Shown: positions 26,970 to 34,989 of the stretch, in pieces
How the letters are laid out: each line of letters opens with the position of its first letter
Numbering within the stretch: position 1 is the stretch's first letter
Made by a program: the position numbers and the translations under genes
Notes under the pieces: model-generated
What the model was told of the DNA's origin: nothing
The model's database searches: none
What the model saw: the letters and a program-made list of their open reading frames with translations, nothing else
Virus record (IMG/VR): IMGVR_UViG_3300037421_000080
Coordinates: 1-42,085 of that record
Origin: a virus
Taxonomy: Duplodnaviria; Heunggongvirae; Uroviricota; Caudoviricetes
Direction: 5' to 3' (one strand)
DNA: 42,085 bases

Positions 26970-29900
26970 ATGATCGCCGCATCACCATTCTTGGAGCGGG
27001 CCAAGTCCCTGCGGTACTTCATCAAGTCCCCCTGCGGCGTGGGCCAGAATCCCGGGCGTGACAAGTGCACAAAAGCGGACGGGGAGGGAGGAGGAGAGAG
27101 GAAGGGACCAGAAAGCTCTATCTCAATAAATGTTTTAACTAACAATTGGCGCGGCAGAGCTATGAGTAGCCTTGTGGAGAGAGAGCACGCTCAACTGAGC
27201 GAACACCGTGGTATTCGGCAGATCCTCGACAAGTATCCTGTTAGGGTTGAGATTGGCAGTGGTGAATTAGCCGATGACGGCGGTGAGTATAATGATGGCG
27301 TTATTTTGTTGAGTACGAAGTTTAGCGAGTCTAAACGATACGGCATTGGCGGCGACGTTCGCGTTACTGACGAGAGCCAGAGCGGGGCGTTTCGTCATGA
27401 ATTTGGCCACCACCTGGCTCAAGCAACCAGAGTTCAGGATGGAGCCTTTCTAAACGCCGTGTCAGAATCAATGAAATCGGAAGGACTTAATTTTAGCAGA
27501 GGGGCGGATCGTAGATCTTGGCTTTCAAAGCACATTTCAAAGTACGCCAGCACTAATATGGAGGAGGCCTTTTGCGAAGCTTTTGCCGGCTATACGCACA
27601 AAGATTATGGCAAGAAAGGAAAGTTGCCGCCTAAAATTGAGAAAGTGATGGAGCAAATCTTGACGGGAGGAGAAAAAACATCTGAACCTGTCGAACCTTC
27701 CCCCTCCCAAAAGCTCGGCTCCCCCGCACCCCGCCCCACCCGCCAGCAGGTCCAGGGCGTTCCCGACGCCGACGTGAAGAAGCTTCTGAAGATGGTCCGG
27801 GACATCGCTGGCCGCTACAACTTCGGCTCCCTCTCCGACCTCCGCAGCAAGCTCCCCTGGCCCCGCGAGACAGCCGACAAGGTGATCGGCAAGGCCCTAT
27901 GGGATGGCTACATCACGCTGCCCCAGTCTGAGGGCCGGTCCGTGGGAGGCAAGCCCGCCCTGTCCGAGGACGAGGAGAAAGCGTCCTTCCGGGACAACCA
28001 GGAGACGGGGGGCCGAGAGCGGACCTACGCCCACATCATCCTGAATCCGGAGGGGGAGAGGAGGATCACGGAGCCAGAGGCGCCTAGGGTGGGACCGACG
28101 CCATTCGAGAACCGAGCTAAGTCACTTCCCTACTTCACCAAAGCGATGTGCGAGGTAGGCCAGACAGCGGCCAGCACGGATTGCACTCCTGCGAGCAAAG
28201 AATCCTCTCACGAAGCTCCCGTCAAGCGTCGTGCCGAGAAGGGCAAGCTGTTCGCCGCCAAGCGGGAGGGCAAGGGCAAGGAAGCCAAAGTGGTGATGGC
28301 GGACGGCTCCCCTGCCCCGCCTCACATCAAGCCCGCCATGATCCCGCCTGCGTGGAGCCGAGTGAAGGTTAGCATGGACCCGGAAGCGGACATCCTGGTA
28401 CAGGGCAAGATGAAGAACAAGAAGGGTCAGTGGGCCAACAAGACGGTCTACAACGAAAAGTACCTCCAGAACAATCAAGCGGCGAAGTTCGGCAAGATCC
28501 ACGAGGCATTGTCCAAGAAGCAGGAGATAGCCGACCAGATTCAGAGAGCGCGGAACGATCCCACCACGAAGGAGGTTGCCGACGTTGTTTGGCTTATCGA
28601 GGAACAGGGCACTCGGCCGGATAGCGGGGGCGAGGAAAAGGGTGTGGAGGAGCTGTACGGGCAGCTGATGACTGCCGACAATATAGTAACCAAAAAAGAT
28701 AAAAAAGGTAAGGTTTCGATGGCCCTCAAATTTGGGGACAGGAAGATCCCCTTGAAGGACGAGGGAGTGAAAGCCGAGCTGTCGAAGCGTATGGAGTCGG
28801 GGGATCTGGAGGACAGCACGTTCTGGCTCAAGAGCTTCGGAGCATCCTCCCTGGAGGGGCGGCACGTTGTGGAATCTCCGGACGGAGTGCGACTGCGGTT
28901 CGTCGGGAAGGAGACGAAATTCCATGATCACTTGATCCATGACTCGGAGATGGCCAAGATGCTTCTGGATAGGAAGAAGGCGGCAGGAGACAAAGGCAAG
29001 CTGTTCAACACTGACTACGGGAAGGTCTTGAAATGGACGAAGTTGTTGGACGGGGGCGGCTATACTCCGAAGGATCTCCGCACTCTTAAGGGCACCAGCA
29101 TGGCGATAGAGGAGATCAAGAACATGGGGGAGTGTTGTGACTCTCCGGAAGAGTACAAGACGGCCGTGACGCTAGTCGCAGAGAAGGTATCGAGCGTGTT
29201 AGGAAACACCCCAGATATGGCCCTTATGACGTATATCAGTCCGGAAGTGTGGAGTGTCTGGAATGGAGCGGAGGAAAACCCCATCGGCGAGAAATCTTTG
29301 GAGTACCAGACTAAAAATCAAGGTCATTGGGTTACTCTAGAGAATAGCGGAACTCATGTGTTCATCGGAGAAGGAGGTCAGATAGAAAAAGGCCCTGAGT
29401 CTCTCGTAAATCAGAGTGTTGATGACATCAAGCCAAAAGTCGGACCTAGTCCGATGAAAGATCGGCCCAAGGTGGAGCCGCCGAGAACTGAATCAAAAGT
29501 GAAGAACAAGGAGAACAATGAAAAGTTGCCTGGAATCAACAGGCCGAGCGTAGCGTTCTATGAGGAGGGGAATATCTCAGTCAAGAAACACTATCAAACT
29601 GAGTTTAGGGCTTTTTTCGGTAAGGACATAGACGAGGGGACCGTAGCCGCGATGGTTAATGCCGTTGATGGGGCTAGTGTTACAGTGGAATTCTTAGGAA
29701 ACCTTAGTTATATGAAGGCCGAGACAAGTAGAACGGGAGTTCATGCCGAAAGAACATTCTATAGAAGAGATGGAAAGGTGTTTGTTAGGAATAATTTGTT
29801 CACGATAAATCCCACTTCTCCACATAAGGGACATGGAGTCCGGCTTTTTGTGAATCAGGTTCAAGCACTACGTAACTCTGGGGTGGACCATATAGAAACG

Positions 29901-30200
29901 TATGCATCTGGAAATGGGCAAATAGAGTCGGAATACAACGGATACTACACTTGGCCTAGAATGGGTTACGATGGCGTCATGGAGGAATTTTGCTACGAGA
30001 GATTGCCCGAGGAATTGCGGCAAAAGTTGGGGAATTCTCGCAGCGTGCTGGATCTGATGGCTTTGCCGGGAGGCAAGGCGGCTTGGAAGGAATACGGAGC
30101 TTCGTTCCAAGCTAAATTCGATCTGCACGAGGGTAGCAGGAGCATGAAAGTCTTGGAAGATTATGTTGAGGAAAGGAGGCAACGTGGAGAAGTCTTTTGA
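26970..30200 (+). CDS. Polyvalent protein 4: zincin metallopeptidase + HTH-like domain + DNA topoisomerase IB + GNAT-like domain
   Basis: HEFGH..SKYASTNMEEAFCEAF (zincin). IPPAW, TRP, FVGK, KDLRT and LGNTP..TYISP (TopIB catalytic set). KGHG..NGYYTWPRMGY (GNAT-like). Confidence 0.82.
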   Translation: MIAASPFLERAKSLRYFIKSPCGVGQNPGRDKCTKADGEGGGERKGPESSISINVLTNNWRGRAMSSLVEREHAQLSEHRGIRQILDKYPVRVEIGSGELADDGGEYNDGVILLSTKFSESKRYGIGGDVRVTDESQSGAFRHEFGHHLAQATRVQDGAFLNAVSESMKSEGLNFSRGADRRSWLSKHISKYASTNMEEAFCEAFAGYTHKDYGKKGKLPPKIEKVMEQILTGGEKTSEPVEPSPSQKLGSPAPRPTRQQVQGVPDADVKKLLKMVRDIAGRYNFGSLSDLRSKLPWPRETADKVIGKALWDGYITLPQSEGRSVGGKPALSEDEEKASFRDNQETGGRERTYAHIILNPEGERRITEPEAPRVGPTPFENRAKSLPYFTKAMCEVGQTAASTDCTPASKESSHEAPVKRRAEKGKLFAAKREGKGKEAKVVMADGSPAPPHIKPAMIPPAWSRVKVSMDPEADILVQGKMKNKKGQWANKTVYNEKYLQNNQAAKFGKIHEALSKKQEIADQIQRARNDPTTKEVADVVWLIEEQGTRPDSGGEEKGVEELYGQLMTADNIVTKKDKKGKVSMALKFGDRKIPLKDEGVKAELSKRMESGDLEDSTFWLKSFGASSLEGRHVVESPDGVRLRFVGKETKFHDHLIHDSEMAKMLLDRKKAAGDKGKLFNTDYGKVLKWTKLLDGGGYTPKDLRTLKGTSMAIEEIKNMGECCDSPEEYKTAVTLVAEKVSSVLGNTPDMALMTYISPEVWSVWNGAEENPIGEKSLEYQTKNQGHWVTLENSGTHVFIGEGGQIEKGPESLVNQSVDDIKPKVGPSPMKDRPKVEPPRTESKVKNKENNEKLPGINRPSVAFYEEGNISVKKHYQTEFRAFFGKDIDEGTVAAMVNAVDGASVTVEFLGNLSYMKAETSRTGVHAERTFYRRDGKVFVRNNLFTINPTSPHKGHGVRLFVNQVQALRNSGVDHIETYASGNGQIESEYNGYYTWPRMGYDGVMEEFCYERLPEELRQKLGNSRSVLDLMALPGGKAAWKEYGASFQAKFDLHEGSRSMKVLEDYVEERRQRGEVF

Positions 30201-30351
30201 TGAACTTGAGATGGTGGTCGAACTCAAGGAGCTTCAAACTCGATTGAGGGGGATAAAGAACCCGGACGAGCGTCAGAGGACGATGGAGAAGATCGAGAAG
30301 CTGATTGAGGAAACTGGCTATGCCGAGGAACTTGGAGAGGATGTGGATTGA
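30184..30351 (+). CDS. Small acidic protein downstream of GNAT-like domain
   Basis: AAAGGAGG RBS before GTG 30184; overlaps both neighbours. Confidence 0.6.
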   Translation: MEKSFDELEMVVELKELQTRLRGIKNPDERQRTMEKIEKLIEETGYAEELGEDVD

Positions 30352-31478
30352 TGGAAATCCCCGGACTCGATGGTGTTGAAGTCTTCTTCGGTGACGCGGA
30401 GCGACCCCTGCCTAACTGGCGGGAGATCCTGCCCGAAGACGACTCAGACGGAGATGAACTCACCCCGGAGGAACGGGAGGCAGTGATCGGCATGATCGGC
30501 TTCGATCCGGCCGAGAAAGAGGAGGAGCCTACTCCGCCGAAGATCGGACCCAGTCCGTTCGCTAGCAGAAAATCTCTCAATTACAGGACTAAGGGTTGGA
30601 TCACTATCGGAGGTGAGCCTGCCCAGCACGGAGGTCGGAGCGAGCAGCACCACGGAGGCACGCCCGTCGAGCTGGACTCCAGCGGCAAGATCAAAAAAGG
30701 CCCCCAGGCTTTGAAAGGTAAGAAGCCAAGCGAGTTGAAGAAGCCAGCAGCGAAAGTCGGACCTAGCCCGATGGTGGAAAGGCCGAAGGTGGAGCCGCCA
30801 AAGACCGATACGAAGGAGGAGAAGAAGCCTGATCCAAGCAAGGCCAAAGCAAGCCTCACCGGGGAGAGAACAGAACGGGTGAAGAGTGTTCTGTCCAAGC
30901 TGTTTGGCAAGCAGAAGGACTATGGCAGCGTAATCGCCTCGATAGTAGCAGCCCCCGATGATGCCAAGGTGGATTATTACAGGGGGGAGGGCGACTCCGT
31001 AGTGATCGACATCGAGAACAAGGATTTCTTCATGTCGTGCCAGATAAACTCTGAGAACAACAAGGATGGACTCTACTTGGATGCCTTTTTTGGCAAGGCA
31101 GGCGCAAAAGGGAAGGGCGTCGGATCCCATGTGTTTGCCAACCAGGTAGAGCAGTGCCGGGCTGCTGGTTTGAAATCCATCAAGTGCTGGGCAGCAGGAA
31201 AGCCCGGCGGTGATATGAACGGCTACTATACCTGGCCTCGTATGGGATTTGACCAGGAGATAGACCCCAATACGGACTATGACTGGAAGGGGGATCCGGT
31301 CGAGAAGTTTCCGAATGCCAAGTCAGTCCAAGACATCATGAAGACGAGAGAAGGTCGGGAGTGGTGGAAGGCGAACGGAGGCAACCTGCACAATGCCAAG
31401 TTCGATCTGTCCGACGGCTCCCGTTCAATGCAAGTGTTCAATGCCTACATGGAAGAGAGGAAGGCGAGAAATGGCTGA
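30348..31478 (+). CDS. Polyvalent protein 5: acidic leader + linker + second GNAT-like domain
   Basis: PNWR..DDSD..MIGFDP leader; PKIGPSPFASRKSLNYRTK; GKGVG..NGYYTWPRMGF..FDLSDGSRSM, clearly paralogous to 29.6-30.2 kb. Confidence 0.78.
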   Translation: MMEIPGLDGVEVFFGDAERPLPNWREILPEDDSDGDELTPEEREAVIGMIGFDPAEKEEEPTPPKIGPSPFASRKSLNYRTKGWITIGGEPAQHGGRSEQHHGGTPVELDSSGKIKKGPQALKGKKPSELKKPAAKVGPSPMVERPKVEPPKTDTKEEKKPDPSKAKASLTGERTERVKSVLSKLFGKQKDYGSVIASIVAAPDDAKVDYYRGEGDSVVIDIENKDFFMSCQINSENNKDGLYLDAFFGKAGAKGKGVGSHVFANQVEQCRAAGLKSIKCWAAGKPGGDMNGYYTWPRMGFDQEIDPNTDYDWKGDPVEKFPNAKSVQDIMKTREGREWWKANGGNLHNAKFDLSDGSRSMQVFNAYMEERKARNG

Positions 31479-31587
31479 GAAGCGACCTTATGAAATCGAA
31501 TTGAGTGAAGAAGACGAACTGGCTCTTGAACGAGCTTGGCAGAAACTGGATGAGCAGGACAAGAAGGAAGAGCCTGAAAAGGATTGA
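31471..31587 (+). CDS. Small acidic protein
   Basis: MAEKRPYEIELSEEDELALERAW; overlaps the GNAT ORF end. Confidence 0.6.
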   Translation: MAEKRPYEIELSEEDELALERAWQKLDEQDKKEEPEKD

Positions 31588-31614
31588 CGCAACCTCCCCA
31601 TCTCACGTTACAAT
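31584..31614 (+). promoter_or_regulatory. Putative promoter TTGACG-N19-TACAAT
   Basis: Shares TTGACGCAACCTCC with 34932; followed by an AGGAG RBS and ATG 31634. Confidence 0.65.
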
Positions 31615-31633
31615 TCATATCTAGGAGAACCCC

Positions 31634-31876
31634 ATGCCAGAAGCATTGCCGTTTCGTAAGCAGGTCGATCCAGTCCATGCCCCGGCACAGGAGGAGGTCG
31701 AGGCGAGCTTTCGTGATTCCCTCTCCGATTTGCTGGCTCTCCTCAAGGCGCTGGCTCCGAGCTGCCCCTCCACGGCGGACCTGGCGAATGTGGTCAAGAT
31801 AGGAACGGAAGATGATTCGCAGCTCAGATTCCTTCTTGGTCTACTTCAGAATATCCCACAAGATCGAAAACGATGA
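31634..31876 (+). CDS. Hypothetical protein
   Basis: Has a promoter and RBS directly upstream. Confidence 0.6.
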   Translation: MPEALPFRKQVDPVHAPAQEEVEASFRDSLSDLLALLKALAPSCPSTADLANVVKIGTEDDSQLRFLLGLLQNIPQDRKR

Positions 31877-31881
31877 CTTGC

Positions 31882-32541
31882 TCATTTTCTTTTTGTCCAA
31901 AGTTGATTACCCGCTTGGAATCCAGCGGGTCGTATTTTTGCCATTACTTTGGGTTGACAGTGGCGGAAGGTTTTGCCGTTGAGGATCATTTTGACGTTTC
32001 CGCCGGTTATTCCAAAGACCTTGGCCACTTCTTCGCAGGTCATACCGGAATCATACAAGCGATGGATCTTGGGGATGTCAGAATCTTTCAATTTCGCCCA
32101 TCCCATAGTTTCGCCGTGGCACCAAGTACCATGTCGGATTCTGTCATCCGCGTTCTCTTGGTAAGTCCCCCACCGCAAATTCTTCAAGTGATTGTTACTC
32201 GGGTTTCCATCCAAGTGTCGGCATTCCATCCCTTCCGGACAAGGACCAACGAAAGCTTCCAAGACGAGAGTGTGGATTTGACAAACACGGCTCTTCCCGT
32301 GCTTGCTGATTTTGACGGAGAAATAGCCACGTTCGACTTCTCGAAGTTTCATCATTCTTCCCGGAATGAAACGACGATTGGTTCCGATCTTGACCCACTT
32401 GCTGAGAGACTTCAACCTGCCCCAATTCGAGACTCGGTAAAAACCAATGAAGTTGGGAAGATCCCTCCAGTATTCGTTTCTACCGTCGGGATGGGTTTGA
32501 ACTTTTTGTCGGAGAAGGAATCGGGTAGAATTGTCGTACAT
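31882..32541 (-). CDS. NUMOD4-HNH homing endonuclease
   Basis: WRDLPNFIGFYRVSNWGRLKS (NUMOD4); IHTLVLEAFVG..CRHLDGNPSNNHLKNLRWGT..EN. Confidence 0.92.
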   Translation of the reverse strand: MYDNSTRFLLRQKVQTHPDGRNEYWRDLPNFIGFYRVSNWGRLKSLSKWVKIGTNRRFIPGRMMKLREVERGYFSVKISKHGKSRVCQIHTLVLEAFVGPCPEGMECRHLDGNPSNNHLKNLRWGTYQENADDRIRHGTWCHGETMGWAKLKDSDIPKIHRLYDSGMTCEEVAKVFGITGGNVKMILNGKTFRHCQPKVMAKIRPAGFQAGNQLWTKRK

Positions 32542-32654
32542 GGCCTTAGTTCCTTTGCAACTAGGGTTGTGGTGACTGAGCAGGGGTCACGAGCCCCTAG
32601 CTCAGTCTTATATTCTACCCGATTCCGGGGGGTTGCGAAAGGTCGAATTGCAGC

Positions 32655-34922
32655 ATGAACGAAGCTCTAGCAATTCTTGATGCTCGTGCAAAGGATCTAA
32701 ATCCGTCCTGCTATTCTGCCAAGCTCGCTTCAGGCCATGTCGCTAGCTCTATAGTGACATCGGACGGCCCGGCTGATTGCGACGAGAGACAAATGTCTGT
32801 GTGGATCACATTCGCAGACGGGACTTCTAGAGACGGAGTCGGAGACGTGACCGAGGTCACGGGATTGGATCTTAGCAGACATAGGAAGAACAGCATATGC
32901 TTATTTGACCATGGGAAACACGCTCAGGCTGTTCTGCCCATTGGCCTCTCCGAGGATCGAGAAACTAGGTCCTACACTGTTGAGATAGATCCAGTTGCAC
33001 GAATAGCGAAAGGCAACATTTTCTTCTATCAAGGACATGGAGCCAAAGGACTGGATCGGGAGAAGGACAACGAGCACGCCCTTTACTGCGAACAGATTTA
33101 CCATCTGATCTTGAAGGGCCTGATTCGGGGCGGCTCATTTGGATACATGGTGCTAGAAGCCTCTCCAATTTCGGCGGATTATGTTTCGGGAACTCCTCAA
33201 GGGCTTCACCTCAAACGAACATTGTTGCTCGAATTCGGGCCGACGATCATTCCGGCGAACCAGAACACTGTCAGGAAATCCTATGAAGGCGATCCTGCTC
33301 GTGAGATCCTCTGCATGGGCAAAGTCTGCGGCAAATCTCTGAGCCCGGTTCTGGTGAAATCTCTCACTCCGTATGCTGGGGAGGCGAAGGCGATGATGGT
33401 CACTGGAGAAAAATCCGTTGCAGACATGAGCCCCTCCCGTGCAGGCCAGCGCCAGTTGGGAGATGATCCGTTGAAAGAGAATAATCCAATTCCTGAGCTT
33501 CCGGTTGAGAAACGAGGCGACAAATTCGACCGCACCCAGCCCGCCGCCGAGTCCGGCTTCCTCAAAGTCGATCCCAACGATCCAATGCTGACCAGCTATG
33601 CCGACTCCCAACCGGGTGGGACGGTAGTTGATCGCTGGCTCTATTTGAAATCGGTCAGGGCGAAGTACAAGAAGATTCCGCCTGCAAGGTGGCGTCCGGG
33701 GCTGGGGGCTGAGTGCAAATCTCAAGAGTTCGTCGGCGACCTAAATTGGTTGAAACAGGAACAGCTGGAAGCCGAGCACAAGAGGATCAAGTCGCTGCGG
33801 GCAAAGTACAAGGGGGGACCGGGATCAGGGCCACAACCGGACGGCAAGAAAAAAGATCCCGAAGAGCATCTGTCTCCAAAGGTCAAGAAGCCGATCCCTG
33901 GACCCAAGCACAAGGTGGGATCGACAGTAAAGTGGAATGGTCATCCCTACAAAGTCACCAAGACCGACGACTCCAAGTTGTATACGACTTACAACATAGT
34001 TGGGGACAATGGAGATACCCATCACGTTCTGGAGGACGACCTCGAAGGAAAATCCTTCCAGCCCCCCACCCGCTTCGATATGTCCTTCGACGGTGAGCCC
34101 TGCCGTATTGTGCAGGAGAAGCCGGACGGCAACGCGATCATCGAGACCCAGAGCGGCCGGAGGTACGATGTGGCCTGGGAGGACATCGTCAGCCGCAAGA
34201 AGCTGAAGTCGATCCGAGCCAAGTACAAAGCACATCCGTCGTCGCAACTAGACAACAAGATCGCTCTGGATCGGCACATAGCGAAAGTGACCAGCCCCGA
34301 CTTCAAGCCTTCTGGGCGAAGATATGCCACGCTCACTTTATGGAGTGACAATCCGACTGTCTGGGTTCTCATCGACGATGGGAAGAAAGTTTCGGTAGAT
34401 GGGAAGAACCAGTGGAGCAACGAAGCCGAAGCCGAAAGAGCCCAGAAGAAGTACGAGCAGGGCGGGAAGTCCATGTCTAAATCTCTCCCCTGGCGATCCA
34501 GCAAGCCCGACCTCTTCATCGCCTCCGTTCCGGGCCACGACTTCGAGATTCGCAAGGATGGCAGCCGATGTGTCCTCCGGGACAACGATGAGATCATCCG
34601 GGAGGGCAGCTATACGGATTGCCTGATCGGGGCGGAAGTGAGGCTGAGACAGGAACAGAAATCCCTCACCCCCCTCCGCCGCAAGTACCGCCCCGCCAGT
34701 GGCAAGGGCTTCCGCCGTCGCCTCCGCAAGAGCGTCCCAGGATCGAGCCTGATGTACGTCTCCGGCAAGGACCTGGAGGCTGCCAAGGCACTGGCCGAGC
34801 AGAGGGGATTGAAGTTCATGCACCTGGGCTCCGGCGATGGGCACGCCAAGGTCAAATTGATCGGCGGGGACGATGCGATTGACGAGGTTGCCCGTGAGTA
34901 CGGGAAACGGATGAGACGGTGA
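32655..34922 (+). CDS. HK97-type prohead protease with a long C-terminal extension
   Basis: RDGVGD..GLDLS..LFDHG..LPIG (His), GLIRGGSFGY (Ser), LLE..IPAN. The extension is punctuated by KS(L/V/I)RAKYK repeats. Confidence 0.82.
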   Translation: MNEALAILDARAKDLNPSCYSAKLASGHVASSIVTSDGPADCDERQMSVWITFADGTSRDGVGDVTEVTGLDLSRHRKNSICLFDHGKHAQAVLPIGLSEDRETRSYTVEIDPVARIAKGNIFFYQGHGAKGLDREKDNEHALYCEQIYHLILKGLIRGGSFGYMVLEASPISADYVSGTPQGLHLKRTLLLEFGPTIIPANQNTVRKSYEGDPAREILCMGKVCGKSLSPVLVKSLTPYAGEAKAMMVTGEKSVADMSPSRAGQRQLGDDPLKENNPIPELPVEKRGDKFDRTQPAAESGFLKVDPNDPMLTSYADSQPGGTVVDRWLYLKSVRAKYKKIPPARWRPGLGAECKSQEFVGDLNWLKQEQLEAEHKRIKSLRAKYKGGPGSGPQPDGKKKDPEEHLSPKVKKPIPGPKHKVGSTVKWNGHPYKVTKTDDSKLYTTYNIVGDNGDTHHVLEDDLEGKSFQPPTRFDMSFDGEPCRIVQEKPDGNAIIETQSGRRYDVAWEDIVSRKKLKSIRAKYKAHPSSQLDNKIALDRHIAKVTSPDFKPSGRRYATLTLWSDNPTVWVLIDDGKKVSVDGKNQWSNEAEAERAQKKYEQGGKSMSKSLPWRSSKPDLFIASVPGHDFEIRKDGSRCVLRDNDEIIREGSYTDCLIGAEVRLRQEQKSLTPLRRKYRPASGKGFRRRLRKSVPGSSLMYVSGKDLEAAKALAEQRGLKFMHLGSGDGHAKVKLIGGDDAIDEVAREYGKRMRR

Positions 34923-34931
34923 AAAACAGTA

Positions 34932-34962
34932 TTGACGCAACCTCCGCACCATAGCGTAAAAT
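34932..34962 (+). promoter_or_regulatory. Putative promoter TTGACG-N19-TAAAAT
   Basis: Shares 14 nt with 31584; followed by an AGGAGAGG RBS and ATG 34990. Confidence 0.65.
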
Positions 34963-34989
34963 AACGGAAGTGGTTGAAGGAGAGGATTG

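Noticed and set aside
19068-32654. Portal, terminase or MuF domain expected before the protease
   Set aside because: I recognise no motifs for them in this window; they probably lie elsewhere, so the MuF-toxin comparison is only an analogy.
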